The notes under the pieces were generated by a model. The model searched no databases. It worked only from the letters and a program-made list of their open reading frames with translations, and was not told the origin of the DNA. From NCBI GenBank assembly GCA_018920305.1, contig JAHLMO010000002.1, forward strand, positions 7,580 to 71,579: a DNA stretch of 64,000 nt, given 5' to 3'. Within the stretch, counting starts at the first letter, position 1. Every line of letters begins with the position of its first letter. The DNA is from Candidatus Aenigmatarchaeota archaeon (GTDB lineage Archaea; Aenigmatarchaeota; Aenigmatarchaeia; CG10238-14; SpSt-28). Positions 1-9,255 of the stretch are shown here, one piece after another. Position numbers and translations under genes: made by a program.

Positions 1-186
1 CTTCATATCAACTGTAGGAAGAAAAAGTGTTGATACTTTTTTTGACCTTCTAAAGAGTTTTTCTAATATTTTTTCCTTTACTTTTTTAAGAGGTATATTA
101 TTATTTTTGGTGGAATAATTCTATTTGTAAATCTTTTATAAACAAATTCATTCTTTGCTTATAAACAGTAAATAAAATTTATATAT

Positions 187-1275
187 TTATCCTAGTAGGC
201 ATGTATTCCAACCACATTCTAAACAATTTAAACAATTTTCTCTAAAAACAATTAAATTACTTCCACAATTTGGGCATCTAAAAATTTTGTTTTCAATTTT
301 TTTCGAAAAATCTTTTTCTTCTAATGATTTTACTTCTACACTAAACGATTTTAGCATTTCTAATGTTTTTTCATTGTAAAAAATTTTTTTGATTGAATGT
401 TTAAATTTATATACAGGTAATTTTGAACATTCTCTAAATATTGTTATCCCTTTTAATCCTAGTTTATAAGCAAAATAAAATGCGTTTAAAATGTCTTTCC
501 AAGAAGTTTCAAAAGGCATATTTATAGTTTTACTTATTCCATTATCAACCCAAAAACTAAATTCGTATTGAGCCCTTAAATGATCTTGCCAAGAAATTTC
601 GTAAACAGTAACAAAATATTCTTTCATATCATTCGGAATTTCCTCAATATTTTGAATGCTTCCACTTTCTGAAATTTTTTTAATTACTTCTTCTTTATAT
701 AATCCTCTTTCTTTTAATTGAATTTCTAATTCATAATCGTACAAAGCTTTCATTTTCATGAATTTTTTGTTTACCATTTTTATCAAAAATTTTTCATCGT
801 ATAATATATCAAGTATTACTATTAACGCAACAACTCTTTCAAATAATTGTTTTGGTGTTTCAATTATTTTGCCATTTTCATCTCTTAATAAATATCTTGA
901 TGCAACAACTCTTAAAGCATTAATAGAGAATCTTCTATCGATTTCATCTAAAAATTCTTTATTTAATATTTTTTTCTTTTCTTCTCTTATTTTTTCTCTT
1001 TCTTTTCTATATAAAATAAAAGCTTTAGCAGTTTCATATAGATTATTTTCTATTAAAACTTGTTCTATAATGTCTTGAATTTCTTCTACATGCGGATATT
1101 TATCTTTAAATTTTTGAGATATTTTGTTCAATACTTGATTAAGTAAATTTTTTAATAAATTTTCTTCAAATTTATTACTTGCAATCAAAGCTTTTTTGAT
1201 TGCATTTTCAATTTTTTCTATTTTAAAATCTTGCAGATAATTTTCTCTTTTTATAACTTTTGAGGGTAAGTTCAT
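187..1275 (-). CDS. Ribonucleotide reductase-like protein (class II RNR remnant?). N-terminal ATP-cone and the RNR N-helical segment (RYLLRDENGK..ETP) are fused to the RNR C-terminal segment (VDNGISKTINMP..GLKGITIFR) and a CxxC..CxxC zinc ribbon. The catalytic barrel is absent.
   Basis: ATP-cone motif VIKRENYLQDFKIEKIENAIKKA; conserved RNR N- and C-terminal motifs. Length is 362 aa versus ~700+ aa for a full RNR large subunit. Confidence 0.5.
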   Translation of the reverse strand: MNLPSKVIKRENYLQDFKIEKIENAIKKALIASNKFEENLLKNLLNQVLNKISQKFKDKYPHVEEIQDIIEQVLIENNLYETAKAFILYRKEREKIREEKKKILNKEFLDEIDRRFSINALRVVASRYLLRDENGKIIETPKQLFERVVALIVILDILYDEKFLIKMVNKKFMKMKALYDYELEIQLKERGLYKEEVIKKISESGSIQNIEEIPNDMKEYFVTVYEISWQDHLRAQYEFSFWVDNGISKTINMPFETSWKDILNAFYFAYKLGLKGITIFRECSKLPVYKFKHSIKKIFYNEKTLEMLKSFSVEVKSLEEKDFSKKIENKIFRCPNCGSNLIVFRENCLNCLECGWNTCLLG

Positions 1276-1299
1276 AAAAATAATTTTGATATTATTTTT

Positions 1300-1575
1300 A
1301 TGAATTCTATAATTGCTGTAAAAATGAAATTATATGGAAAAGTTCAAAAAGTAGGATTTAGATTCTTTTTATCTAAGCATGCAGAAAGATTAGGAATAAA
1401 AGGTTATGCAAAAAATTTAGAAGATGGTTCTTTAGAATGTCATTTTGAAGGTAATGAAGAAAAAGTTAGAGAAATAATAGAACTTGCAAAAAAAGGACCA
1501 CCACTTGCAAAAGTTAAGAAATATGAAATTTATAAAACTGATATAAAAAATTTTGAATCGTTTGAAATCTATTAA
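1300..1575 (+). CDS. acyP: Acylphosphatase
   Basis: YGKVQKVGFRFF motif; ~90 aa; typical acylphosphatase fold signature. Confidence 0.8.
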   Translation: MNSIIAVKMKLYGKVQKVGFRFFLSKHAERLGIKGYAKNLEDGSLECHFEGNEEKVREIIELAKKGPPLAKVKKYEIYKTDIKNFESFEIY

Positions 1576-1583
1576 AAATTTAA

Positions 1584-3059
1584 ATGTTTACAATAAAAGA
1601 AAGAGATTTAGCGGGAAGAATTGGAACTTTAAAATTAAAAAATGGAGAAAAAATAGACACACCATATTTGTTTCCTGTAGTAAATTTTTTTCATTCAGAA
1701 ATTTCTTTAGATGATATAAAAAAAGTTGGATTCGATGCAATATTAGTTAATGCATACATCTTATTGAAGCACAATTTTGATAAAGAAATTCACGAATATA
1801 CAAAATTTAAAAAAGTAATGAGTGATAGTGGAGCTTATCAGCTACTTCAATATGGAGATATAGATGTCAGTAATGAAGAAATAATAGAATATCAAAAAAA
1901 GATAAATACAGATATTAGCGTTATATTAGATTATCCAACAGGTAAATTAGATTACGAAAATGCAAAATTTACTGTTGAAGAAACGATAAAAAGAGCTAAA
2001 GAGGCAAAAAATTTAATAGATGATAAAAGATTGTGGGTTTATCCGATTCAAGGAGGGAGTTTTGAAGATCTTTTGGAAAAAAGTATTATCGAGGGAATAA
2101 AATTGGATTATGATATTTATGCAATTGGAAGTCCAACAGTATTAATGACTGAATATAAATATGAAGAATTGTTTAAAATAATTTTAAAAGTAAAATCATT
2201 ATTACCATTTAATAAGCCTGTTCATTTATTTGGTGCTGGTCATGCACATTTAATTCCATTTGCAATAGCTATGGGAATTGATTTATTTGATAGTGCTAGT
2301 TATATTCTATTTGCAAGAGATTTAAGATATATGAGTTTTAATAGAACTTATGATTTTAATGAGTTAAAATATTTGCCATGTAATTGCGAAGTTTGTAGAA
2401 AATATTCTGTAGAAGAATTAAGAGAAATTAATAAAAATGAGTTAATAAGATTGTTAGCAATTCATAATTTATACGTTATTAAAAAAGAGTTGGAAAATAC
2501 AAAACAAGCAATAATAGAAGGAAGATTATGGGAATATTTAAGAGAAAAATCTTTTTCTCATCCAGCACTCTATAAAGCTTTTAAGCAATTCAAAGATTTT
2601 AAAGATTTTCTAAAAAATTTAACGCCTTTTTACAAAGTATCTCAAAAAGCAATATTTTTGTATGATAGCTTCGATTTAAACAATCCAAAAGTTTTGATTG
2701 CAAGAGAAAAGCTAAAAGAAATGAATAAAGATGTTGATGAAAAAATTCTTTTGTTTCCATATCTGCTTTGGAAAAATAATGAAAAAACTTTAGAAAAGTT
2801 TACTAAAAAATATAGCGATTTCAAAGTTTATTTCTATTCTCCATATTTTGGAATTTTTAAGTTTGGTTTAAGATATACATATCCATTTTTCCAGAGCGAA
2901 ATTAACGATGATTTTGATAGAGAAGTGTTTGAAGATTTAAGTAACGAAATTAATTCATTCTTAGAAAACAAAAAGATAAAGCAAGCAGTAATAATAATAC
3001 CAAAGGGTTATATTTTAAAAATTAAGAGCAGAAAGAACTTATTAAAAGTTTACATTTAA
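1584..3059 (+). CDS. tgtA: Archaeosine tRNA-guanine transglycosylase (ArcTGT), short form probably lacking the PUA domain
   Basis: TGT catalytic domain with Zn site CNCEVCRKYS..H; 491 aa versus ~580 aa for full-length ArcTGT. Confidence 0.8.
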   Translation: MFTIKERDLAGRIGTLKLKNGEKIDTPYLFPVVNFFHSEISLDDIKKVGFDAILVNAYILLKHNFDKEIHEYTKFKKVMSDSGAYQLLQYGDIDVSNEEIIEYQKKINTDISVILDYPTGKLDYENAKFTVEETIKRAKEAKNLIDDKRLWVYPIQGGSFEDLLEKSIIEGIKLDYDIYAIGSPTVLMTEYKYEELFKIILKVKSLLPFNKPVHLFGAGHAHLIPFAIAMGIDLFDSASYILFARDLRYMSFNRTYDFNELKYLPCNCEVCRKYSVEELREINKNELIRLLAIHNLYVIKKELENTKQAIIEGRLWEYLREKSFSHPALYKAFKQFKDFKDFLKNLTPFYKVSQKAIFLYDSFDLNNPKVLIAREKLKEMNKDVDEKILLFPYLLWKNNEKTLEKFTKKYSDFKVYFYSPYFGIFKFGLRYTYPFFQSEINDDFDREVFEDLSNEINSFLENKKIKQAVIIIPKGYILKIKSRKNLLKVYI

Positions 3060-3065
3060 AGTTTT

Positions 3066-3956
3066 TTGTCATTCAGAGGTAATATTTTTATGGATAGTAA
3101 TTGGAAAATTGAATATGGTAAATTACTGTTTAAACTTTTTGATTCGGTTTATTATATTTTATCTCACGAAGGAGGATATAATGCTATAGTTGTTGGTGGA
3201 ACTGCTTTTAATACTTATGTAGATAAAAAATATAGAAGATTTAATAAAGATGTTGATATTTATATTGAAGTAGATGAGAAAGAACAGATTAACAATTATA
3301 AAAGAAATGTAATAAAACTTATAAAAGAAAATCTAAAAACTTCACCACTTTTATTTAGATTAGAGGATGATAATATCTTAATTTATTCAAAACTCAAAAA
3401 ATTAAATAAAGAGTATATTTACCCATATTTGTCAATTAAATTGGGAACAAAAAGAATTAACTATATAACATTATCAAAATTCGATACATTCTTAGAAAAA
3501 ATTGGATATAAATTTGATTTTGCTTGTACAGATAAAATAAAAGTTATAAATAAAGAAGATTTATTTATTTCAGAGTTAAGAGAGATTATTAAGCCCTACA
3601 AAACTTCAGAAATACTAAAATATCTTTATGATACTTATATTCTTGAGAAGTCTTACTCATTTTTGCTAAAAATTCCTATTTATAGAGTTTATTCATCAAA
3701 TGATGTAGGAATTATTAAGTTTATTCAAAAAGTTCTTAAATTAGTTTTAATTAAACAATCTAAAAAATTTGAAAAAGAATTTTTATTAGGAGATAACTAT
3801 CCAAGAAGAGAAGTTGAAAATTTTCTTGAAAAACTAATATATAATTTGATGTTATCATATGGATATGAAAATACGAAAATTAACAAAAGACTTATAGAAT
3901 ATCTTACATGTTTTTCTAGTTATTATTTTTCGAACTTAAATTTATGCAACATTTAA
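3066..3956 (+). CDS. Pol-beta-superfamily nucleotidyltransferase-like protein. The N-terminal motif resembles class I CCA-adding enzyme.
   Basis: VVGGTAFNTYVDKK..DVDIYIEV matches the hG[GS]..NT..x(n)DhDh nucleotidyltransferase signature (archaeal CCA enzymes have GSYARNTWL..DIDVFV); 296 aa. Confidence 0.3.
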   Translation: MSFRGNIFMDSNWKIEYGKLLFKLFDSVYYILSHEGGYNAIVVGGTAFNTYVDKKYRRFNKDVDIYIEVDEKEQINNYKRNVIKLIKENLKTSPLLFRLEDDNILIYSKLKKLNKEYIYPYLSIKLGTKRINYITLSKFDTFLEKIGYKFDFACTDKIKVINKEDLFISELREIIKPYKTSEILKYLYDTYILEKSYSFLLKIPIYRVYSSNDVGIIKFIQKVLKLVLIKQSKKFEKEFLLGDNYPRREVENFLEKLIYNLMLSYGYENTKINKRLIEYLTCFSSYYFSNLNLCNI

Positions 3957-4011
3957 AAATTCATTAAAAAATAATAGTAAAATTTTTATACTTTAATGTT
4001 TTTTATCATTT

Positions 4012-4971
4012 ATGAGTAGATCAAACGAAATCTTTATAGGAGAGTTAGAAAGAGCATATATCTTTCATACCTCCTACAACAGCCTAGAAGAAAGGAGAGT
4101 ATGGATAGTAAGAAATAAAAATAGAAACGTTGATAATATAAAGGATAAACTACCTTTTAGAATAGAAAGAACTTTTAATGATTTCTCAGAAGTAGTAGCA
4201 AGTATTAGTAAAGGCGATAATATAGAAAGAATAATTTTTTCTTTAGCCGATGTTCCCCAAAAAGATATAGTAAAGGTTTTTGGAAATTTTGAAGTAATAT
4301 TCCCTAACTATGAAAAAATGATGAAAAAAATAAACAAACCAGTTATAGCTATTACTACCTCTACTAAAGGAGCAGGTAAATCTGCAGTAACTCTTACTTA
4401 TGCGACTTACTTTAAAAATAAGAATATTCCATTAATAGTTGCAACTTATCCAGAATTTAATGGAAAATTTGATTCTTCTATTACTCATTCAGTAATAAAA
4501 ACCGAAGAAGATATAAAAAATAGTCCATTTGTTATAGAATCTTCAGAATTTAAACCATATCTATCATTAAACATACCAGTATATGTAGGAATTGATTACA
4601 CTACATTAAACAATACAAAAACTGAAATAGTAATATGGGGAATATGTAAAGGTTCTACAGAGCCGCCTCTAATAAAGCCAGATGTATATATTACTGTCGT
4701 TGATTTAGGAAGAGAAGCTTGGGACTATATAAGTTATCCAGGAATATATAATCTCAGAAATTCACATATAATTTTCTTAAATAAAGCAAATATATTTAAG
4801 AATAGTCTAAAAGAACAGCTAATAATGCAAGAATTAAAAGAAATAAATCCAAATGCAGAAATAATAAAGGTTAGACAAGTAGAAATTGGTGATGATACTT
4901 CAATCGTAGTCCCAGAAGATGAAAAAATAAATATATATGAAATCTTAGGATGCTATATAAAAGGGATATAG
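4012..4971 (+). CDS. Hypothetical protein with P-loop-like segment (IAITTSTKGAGKSAVTL; BioD/CobQ-like?)
   Basis: ORF in track; weak Walker-A-like motif; overlaps next gene by 22 nt (operon). Confidence 0.25.
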   Translation: MSRSNEIFIGELERAYIFHTSYNSLEERRVWIVRNKNRNVDNIKDKLPFRIERTFNDFSEVVASISKGDNIERIIFSLADVPQKDIVKVFGNFEVIFPNYEKMMKKINKPVIAITTSTKGAGKSAVTLTYATYFKNKNIPLIVATYPEFNGKFDSSITHSVIKTEEDIKNSPFVIESSEFKPYLSLNIPVYVGIDYTTLNNTKTEIVIWGICKGSTEPPLIKPDVYITVVDLGREAWDYISYPGIYNLRNSHIIFLNKANIFKNSLKEQLIMQELKEINPNAEIIKVRQVEIGDDTSIVVPEDEKINIYEILGCYIKGI

Positions 4972-6083
4972 AAAGGCTTTATAAGAATTTTTTATCTTCA
5001 ACCACCACCTATAATTTATTTTTAGAAGTTCATAAAGATAGCATTCTCTCAAAAAGAGATGTTAAAAATCTTCTCTTTAGATATTTTCCTTCTATTCTAA
5101 AATTTCAAAACCTATTATGGATTGTTTACAACTACAAAAGTTATAAAAAACTTCTAAAGGAAAGTTGTATACCTTCACGAATTCTTTCTATATTTTTAAA
5201 GTTTCTTGAAGAAAACAATCTCATAAAACTCTCAAAAGAAGGTAAAAATTTAACAAGTGATATTCAAGTTAATTTTTCTTTACCTCTTCCATCAATTTCT
5301 GTAATCAACTGGAGAAACATTCTTCGTAATTTTTCTGAAATTAGAGATAAATTTTTTAGAAATTTCAAACTGAAACATGCATATGAACAACATTATTGTA
5401 CTAATGTTTCTTCTATAAAGAGAATAAAAATAATCTATTCAAATTCATATCTTTTTGACACTACTATAGGAATATTGGGAGATGATGATTTACTATCCAT
5501 TAGTTTTTATCTTTTAATTTCTCAACTTGAAAGTGAAGTTCTACAAAAGCAAGAAACAACTGAAAAAATTTCAAAAATAGTAAACAAGATATATGTTTTT
5601 GATATAGACGAAGAACTAATATATTTGATAGAAAAAGTTATTAGTAATCATGAAAGTTTCAAACTAGAAGTTTTTGACCTATGCTCAAGAATTCCAAAAA
5701 GATTTAAAAACAAATTGGAAATATTTTCATTTGATGCTGACTTTTTATGTTTTTTTGACGCAGCAATAAAAATGATTAAAAAAATTGCTGGAATTAGAGG
5801 TTATATCTCATTAAATCCTATCATCTATTCAGAAAATTATTATAAATATATGCGAAAACTCTTCGAAAACGGTTTTGTAATACATAAGTACTATAAAGGG
5901 TTTAACTTATACCCAATATTACATCCTATACCTCAGATAATAAAAAAAGGAAATAAATTTGTTATCAAACATCGCCAAGATCCAAGACAAATAATTAATG
6001 AAGATGAGTTACGTTATCTAAGAGAGTTATTAAAAAGTAGCTATGCTTTTTCGTCTGATCTTATGATAGTAGAACTTTTGTAA
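4950..6083 (+). CDS. Hypothetical protein with GDDD motif (ILGDDDLLSI), DUF43/BpsA-like?
   Basis: ORF in track; GDDD motif reminiscent of the DUF43 (branched polyamine synthase) family; weak. Confidence 0.3.
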   Translation: MLYKRDIERLYKNFLSSTTTYNLFLEVHKDSILSKRDVKNLLFRYFPSILKFQNLLWIVYNYKSYKKLLKESCIPSRILSIFLKFLEENNLIKLSKEGKNLTSDIQVNFSLPLPSISVINWRNILRNFSEIRDKFFRNFKLKHAYEQHYCTNVSSIKRIKIIYSNSYLFDTTIGILGDDDLLSISFYLLISQLESEVLQKQETTEKISKIVNKIYVFDIDEELIYLIEKVISNHESFKLEVFDLCSRIPKRFKNKLEIFSFDADFLCFFDAAIKMIKKIAGIRGYISLNPIIYSENYYKYMRKLFENGFVIHKYYKGFNLYPILHPIPQIIKKGNKFVIKHRQDPRQIINEDELRYLRELLKSSYAFSSDLMIVELL

Positions 6084-6160
6084 GACAAAAACATGAAAAT
6101 GTAACTTCCTTTATCTTTAAATTTTAATTTTTGTTTTAAAAATAACTTAAAGAAGTAATA

Positions 6161-6742
6161 ATGATAAATATTATGGCATCATACATTATAATTCTTAGAC
6201 ATCCAATTTGGGATAAAAGAAAAGACAAACCATTAAAAGAAACATACGAGCAAATTTTTAGAATATTTTCATTGTTAAGAAAGCATTTTAAAAACATAGA
6301 TATAATTTTTTCTTCTCCAACTAAAAGATGCTTATTCTTAGCCAAAGCAATTTCTATCAAATTCAATACAAAAATAATAAAAACCAGTTTGCTAAAAGAA
6401 AGAAACGAAGGTATTTATAAGTTTTTTGGAGAAAAGGCAGAAAAGTTTTTAGAATTTAAGAGTAAAAACTCGCATTATTGCGAATATAAACCTTTTCTAG
6501 GAGAAAGCGTAATTTCTGTTTTCAAAAGAACAAAAAAGTTTATAGAAAAATATTTAAAAAATTTGAAATATAAAAATGTAGTAATTGTAACTCATTATAC
6601 TAACATTTTAAGCTTTTATTCAATTTTTACTAAAAAAGATATTAAATATGTTTGGGATTATGAAGATTTTTTAGAAAAAGGATCAATAGGATTTTTAATA
6701 GAAAATCTTGATTTTAGGAAAATAAAGTTTGTTCGTGCTTAA
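6161..6742 (+). CDS. Histidine phosphatase superfamily (phosphoglycerate-mutase-like) protein
   Basis: N-terminal ILRHPxW (RHG-like) motif and VTHYTNI (second His) motif. Confidence 0.5.
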   Translation: MINIMASYIIILRHPIWDKRKDKPLKETYEQIFRIFSLLRKHFKNIDIIFSSPTKRCLFLAKAISIKFNTKIIKTSLLKERNEGIYKFFGEKAEKFLEFKSKNSHYCEYKPFLGESVISVFKRTKKFIEKYLKNLKYKNVVIVTHYTNILSFYSIFTKKDIKYVWDYEDFLEKGSIGFLIENLDFRKIKFVRA

Positions 6743-6775
6743 TAATTTAAAAAATTAAAAAATAGATTTTTCAAA

Positions 6776-7117
6776 CTACAACATTAAAATTTTTTGTAGT
6801 TTTCTGTTTATTTCATTTTTCAGATTGTCACTAACTTCTCCAATAATTTTCTTTATTTTTTCTTTGCTTATAGTGAATATTTTATCTAGCTTAATTATAG
6901 AATCTTTTTCTAAGCCAGTAGATTTAAATTCTGGGCTATCACTTTTTATAAGCACATCTGTTTCTTCATTATACATGTAAAGCCTAGAAGTAATAAAAGC
7001 AAGCACTACATCTTAATCCCTATCATATAAAACTAATGCCGGTCTTAGTTTGCTACCAGACAAATCTGTATAAGGATATTCTATCAATACAATTTTTCCT
7101 TTAAGGTTTTTATCCAT
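6776..7117 (-). pseudogene. mazF: MazF/PemK-family type II toxin interrupted by an in-frame TAA (codon 35, at 7013..7015)
   Basis: ATG at 7117 gives MDKNLKGKIVLIEYPYTDLSGSKLRPALVLYDRD, then TAA, then DVVLAFITSRLY... in the same frame. Both halves match PemK/MazF conserved blocks (RPALVL, V.A.ITS). Confidence 0.5.
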
Positions 7118-7124
7118 TTTGAAG

Positions 7125-7718
7125 TTATAAAAATTCTTTTAGATATTCTTCTGAAAGTTTCATTAGAGCTTCTGTTTCCATTCTATCCTCTAACTCATAC
7201 AATAATTTTTTACACACTTCTATCATTTCATTTATATAATTTTCGTATTTCAATACTTTTTCTTTATCTTTTTCGTAAAGAAGCGATAATAATGAAAGTT
7301 TTAATACATTGATAGAAAGAAATATAAAATCTATGTTTTGCAATAAGTCTATTAATCCAGATACTCCTTTGTTTTTTATTACGTAAATTCTAAATGTATC
7401 AAAATAGTATATGATTTCAAAAATTCTTTTTTCTAATTCATTTTGTATATCTTTTACAAATTCTTCATATTTTTCTAAATCTTCTTTTGAAACGTTTATT
7501 ATTAAAAGATTTTCTTCCATAGCTAAAGAAACTAAAATAGTTAAATATTCAAGTAAGTATTTGTCTAAAGATTGAATTAAATTCTCTTCTTTCAATATTT
7601 TTTCTAGTAATTCGTTTAATTTATCCAAATATTCTCTTTTTTCTATTCTTTTTTCGTGAAGTTCTCTTGAAAGTATAAGGGCAGAAACATCAGTTAGTAT
7701 TTTGCTTGCTATTATCAT
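7125..7718 (-). CDS. Hypothetical protein
   Basis: ORF only; helical, charged. Confidence 0.3.
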   Translation of the reverse strand: MIIASKILTDVSALILSRELHEKRIEKREYLDKLNELLEKILKEENLIQSLDKYLLEYLTILVSLAMEENLLIINVSKEDLEKYEEFVKDIQNELEKRIFEIIYYFDTFRIYVIKNKGVSGLIDLLQNIDFIFLSINVLKLSLLSLLYEKDKEKVLKYENYINEMIEVCKKLLYELEDRMETEALMKLSEEYLKEFL

Positions 7719-7795
7719 AATAATATATATTTCTTCAGAAGAATAAAACTTAATTTTTCTTTATAGATATTTAATTTTAACAATAAACATTACCA

Positions 7796-7817
7796 AAATT
7801 TAACCATGGTTAAATTT
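7796..7817. repeat. 22-bp perfect palindrome aaatttaaccatggttaaattt; a partial direct copy (tatggtttaatttt) lies ~30 nt downstream
   Basis: Read directly from the sequence; lies in the intergenic region upstream of 7125..7718(-). Confidence 0.6.
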
Positions 7818-7928
7818 CGGCATGACTAAAATTTAAGTATGGTTTAATTTTAGTAATGTTTACTTCAAGTATTTGTTCTTTATTCAAACAGAAGATTTCA
7901 ATAGCTTAAGAAGTAATGATATTAGCGA

Positions 7929-9182
7929 TTATATAAAGTAGTGCGGAACGAATGCAATTTTTGTCTTATTTATTTCAGTTATTCCAAATTTTCCAAGAGT
8001 AAAAACTATTGCAACCTTTGGCTTATAAACTTTTAAAAAGTTAACAAAACCTTTGCTTATTTTACTCTCTCTAAATTTAACCTCTATTGGAATTATTTCA
8101 TAATCTTTTTGTACTATGAAATCTATTTCATTGCTTCCTGTAGTTCTCCAAAAGTTTATTTTATTAAAATAGTTCCTTAGCTGAATATATACAAAATTTT
8201 CTAATAATCTACCATTATCAATTCTATTTTCCAATTCTCTAAAATCTGAAATCAAAACATTTCTTAATCCAGTATCCAAAAAATAAACTTTCTTAGATTT
8301 TTTAATTTCAGTAACTACATTTTTATAAAAAGGCGAAAGTAAAGAAATTGTATATGTTTGTACAAGAGTTTCTAAGTAATTTTCTAATGTTTTATAGTCT
8401 ATTCTTAAATCTTGAGATATTGATGAAAGATTAAGAAGATTTCCGACATTGAAACTCAAAAATTTCATAAGGTTGTTAAATTTTTCAATATTTCTAATTC
8501 CCAAAAAATAAAATATATCTCTTTCTATGTACATTCTAATTAAATTTTCGAGTAGCTCTTTTTTTATTTTTTCATCATTCTCTTTAACTATAGCTGGATA
8601 AGAACCAAAAATTATATATTCCTGCATCAAATTGTAAAATTCTTTTTCAAAAACAGGCTCTACATCTAACTTTTGAGTTTCTATAAAGTTAAAAATAGAA
8701 TTTATATAATCTTTGAATATTTCGTATAAATCTTTTGCTTTCCATAAAATAAATTCTTCAAAGCTAAGTGGCAAAAGTTCCAAATATATAGCTCTTCCAA
8801 CTAAATGTTTCCCTATTTCTACTTTTATATCAAAAGAACCAGAACCAGTAACTATAACCTTTAAAACATCTTTATAAAAATCATAGATATATTTTAATTT
8901 ACTTCCTATGTCTTTAACATATTGCGCTTCATCTATTAGCAATATTTTTTTCTCTCTGTTTTTAGGAATAAATCTTTTTAATGCTTCTTTAAAATTTTTT
9001 TGAAAAGCCTCTCTTAATTCAAAATCCTCTAGACTTATGTATTCACTATTTTCAAGAATTTCTTTTAAGTGGAGCAAAAGAGTTGTTTTTCCGGATTGTC
9101 TAGGACCCTTAATAATTATATATTCATCTCTATTTATCCATCTCTCCAATTTTTCCTCTATTTTTCTTGGATAATACTCCAT
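7929..9182 (-). CDS. AAA+ superfamily ATPase (archaeal ATPase/DUF4143 family, COG1373)
   Basis: Walker A GPRQSGKTTLL, Walker B LLIDEAQ, C-terminal DUF4143-like region. Confidence 0.7.
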   Translation of the reverse strand: MEYYPRKIEEKLERWINRDEYIIIKGPRQSGKTTLLLHLKEILENSEYISLEDFELREAFQKNFKEALKRFIPKNREKKILLIDEAQYVKDIGSKLKYIYDFYKDVLKVIVTGSGSFDIKVEIGKHLVGRAIYLELLPLSFEEFILWKAKDLYEIFKDYINSIFNFIETQKLDVEPVFEKEFYNLMQEYIIFGSYPAIVKENDEKIKKELLENLIRMYIERDIFYFLGIRNIEKFNNLMKFLSFNVGNLLNLSSISQDLRIDYKTLENYLETLVQTYTISLLSPFYKNVVTEIKKSKKVYFLDTGLRNVLISDFRELENRIDNGRLLENFVYIQLRNYFNKINFWRTTGSNEIDFIVQKDYEIIPIEVKFRESKISKGFVNFLKVYKPKVAIVFTLGKFGITEINKTKIAFVPHYFI

Positions 9183-9255
9183 AAATAATAGAGTTATTTA
9201 TGGAATAAATATAAACTATAGAAAAGTATTTAAACCAGAAAAGTTAAATATTTAG

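Noticed and set aside
1-120. Possible minus-strand gene start (ATG at 6..4) running off the 5' edge of the window
   Set aside because: Only two codons are inside the window, so I cannot support a call.
758-1078. 106-aa plus-strand ORF
   Set aside because: It is embedded antisense within the RNR-like gene and has a low-complexity translation.
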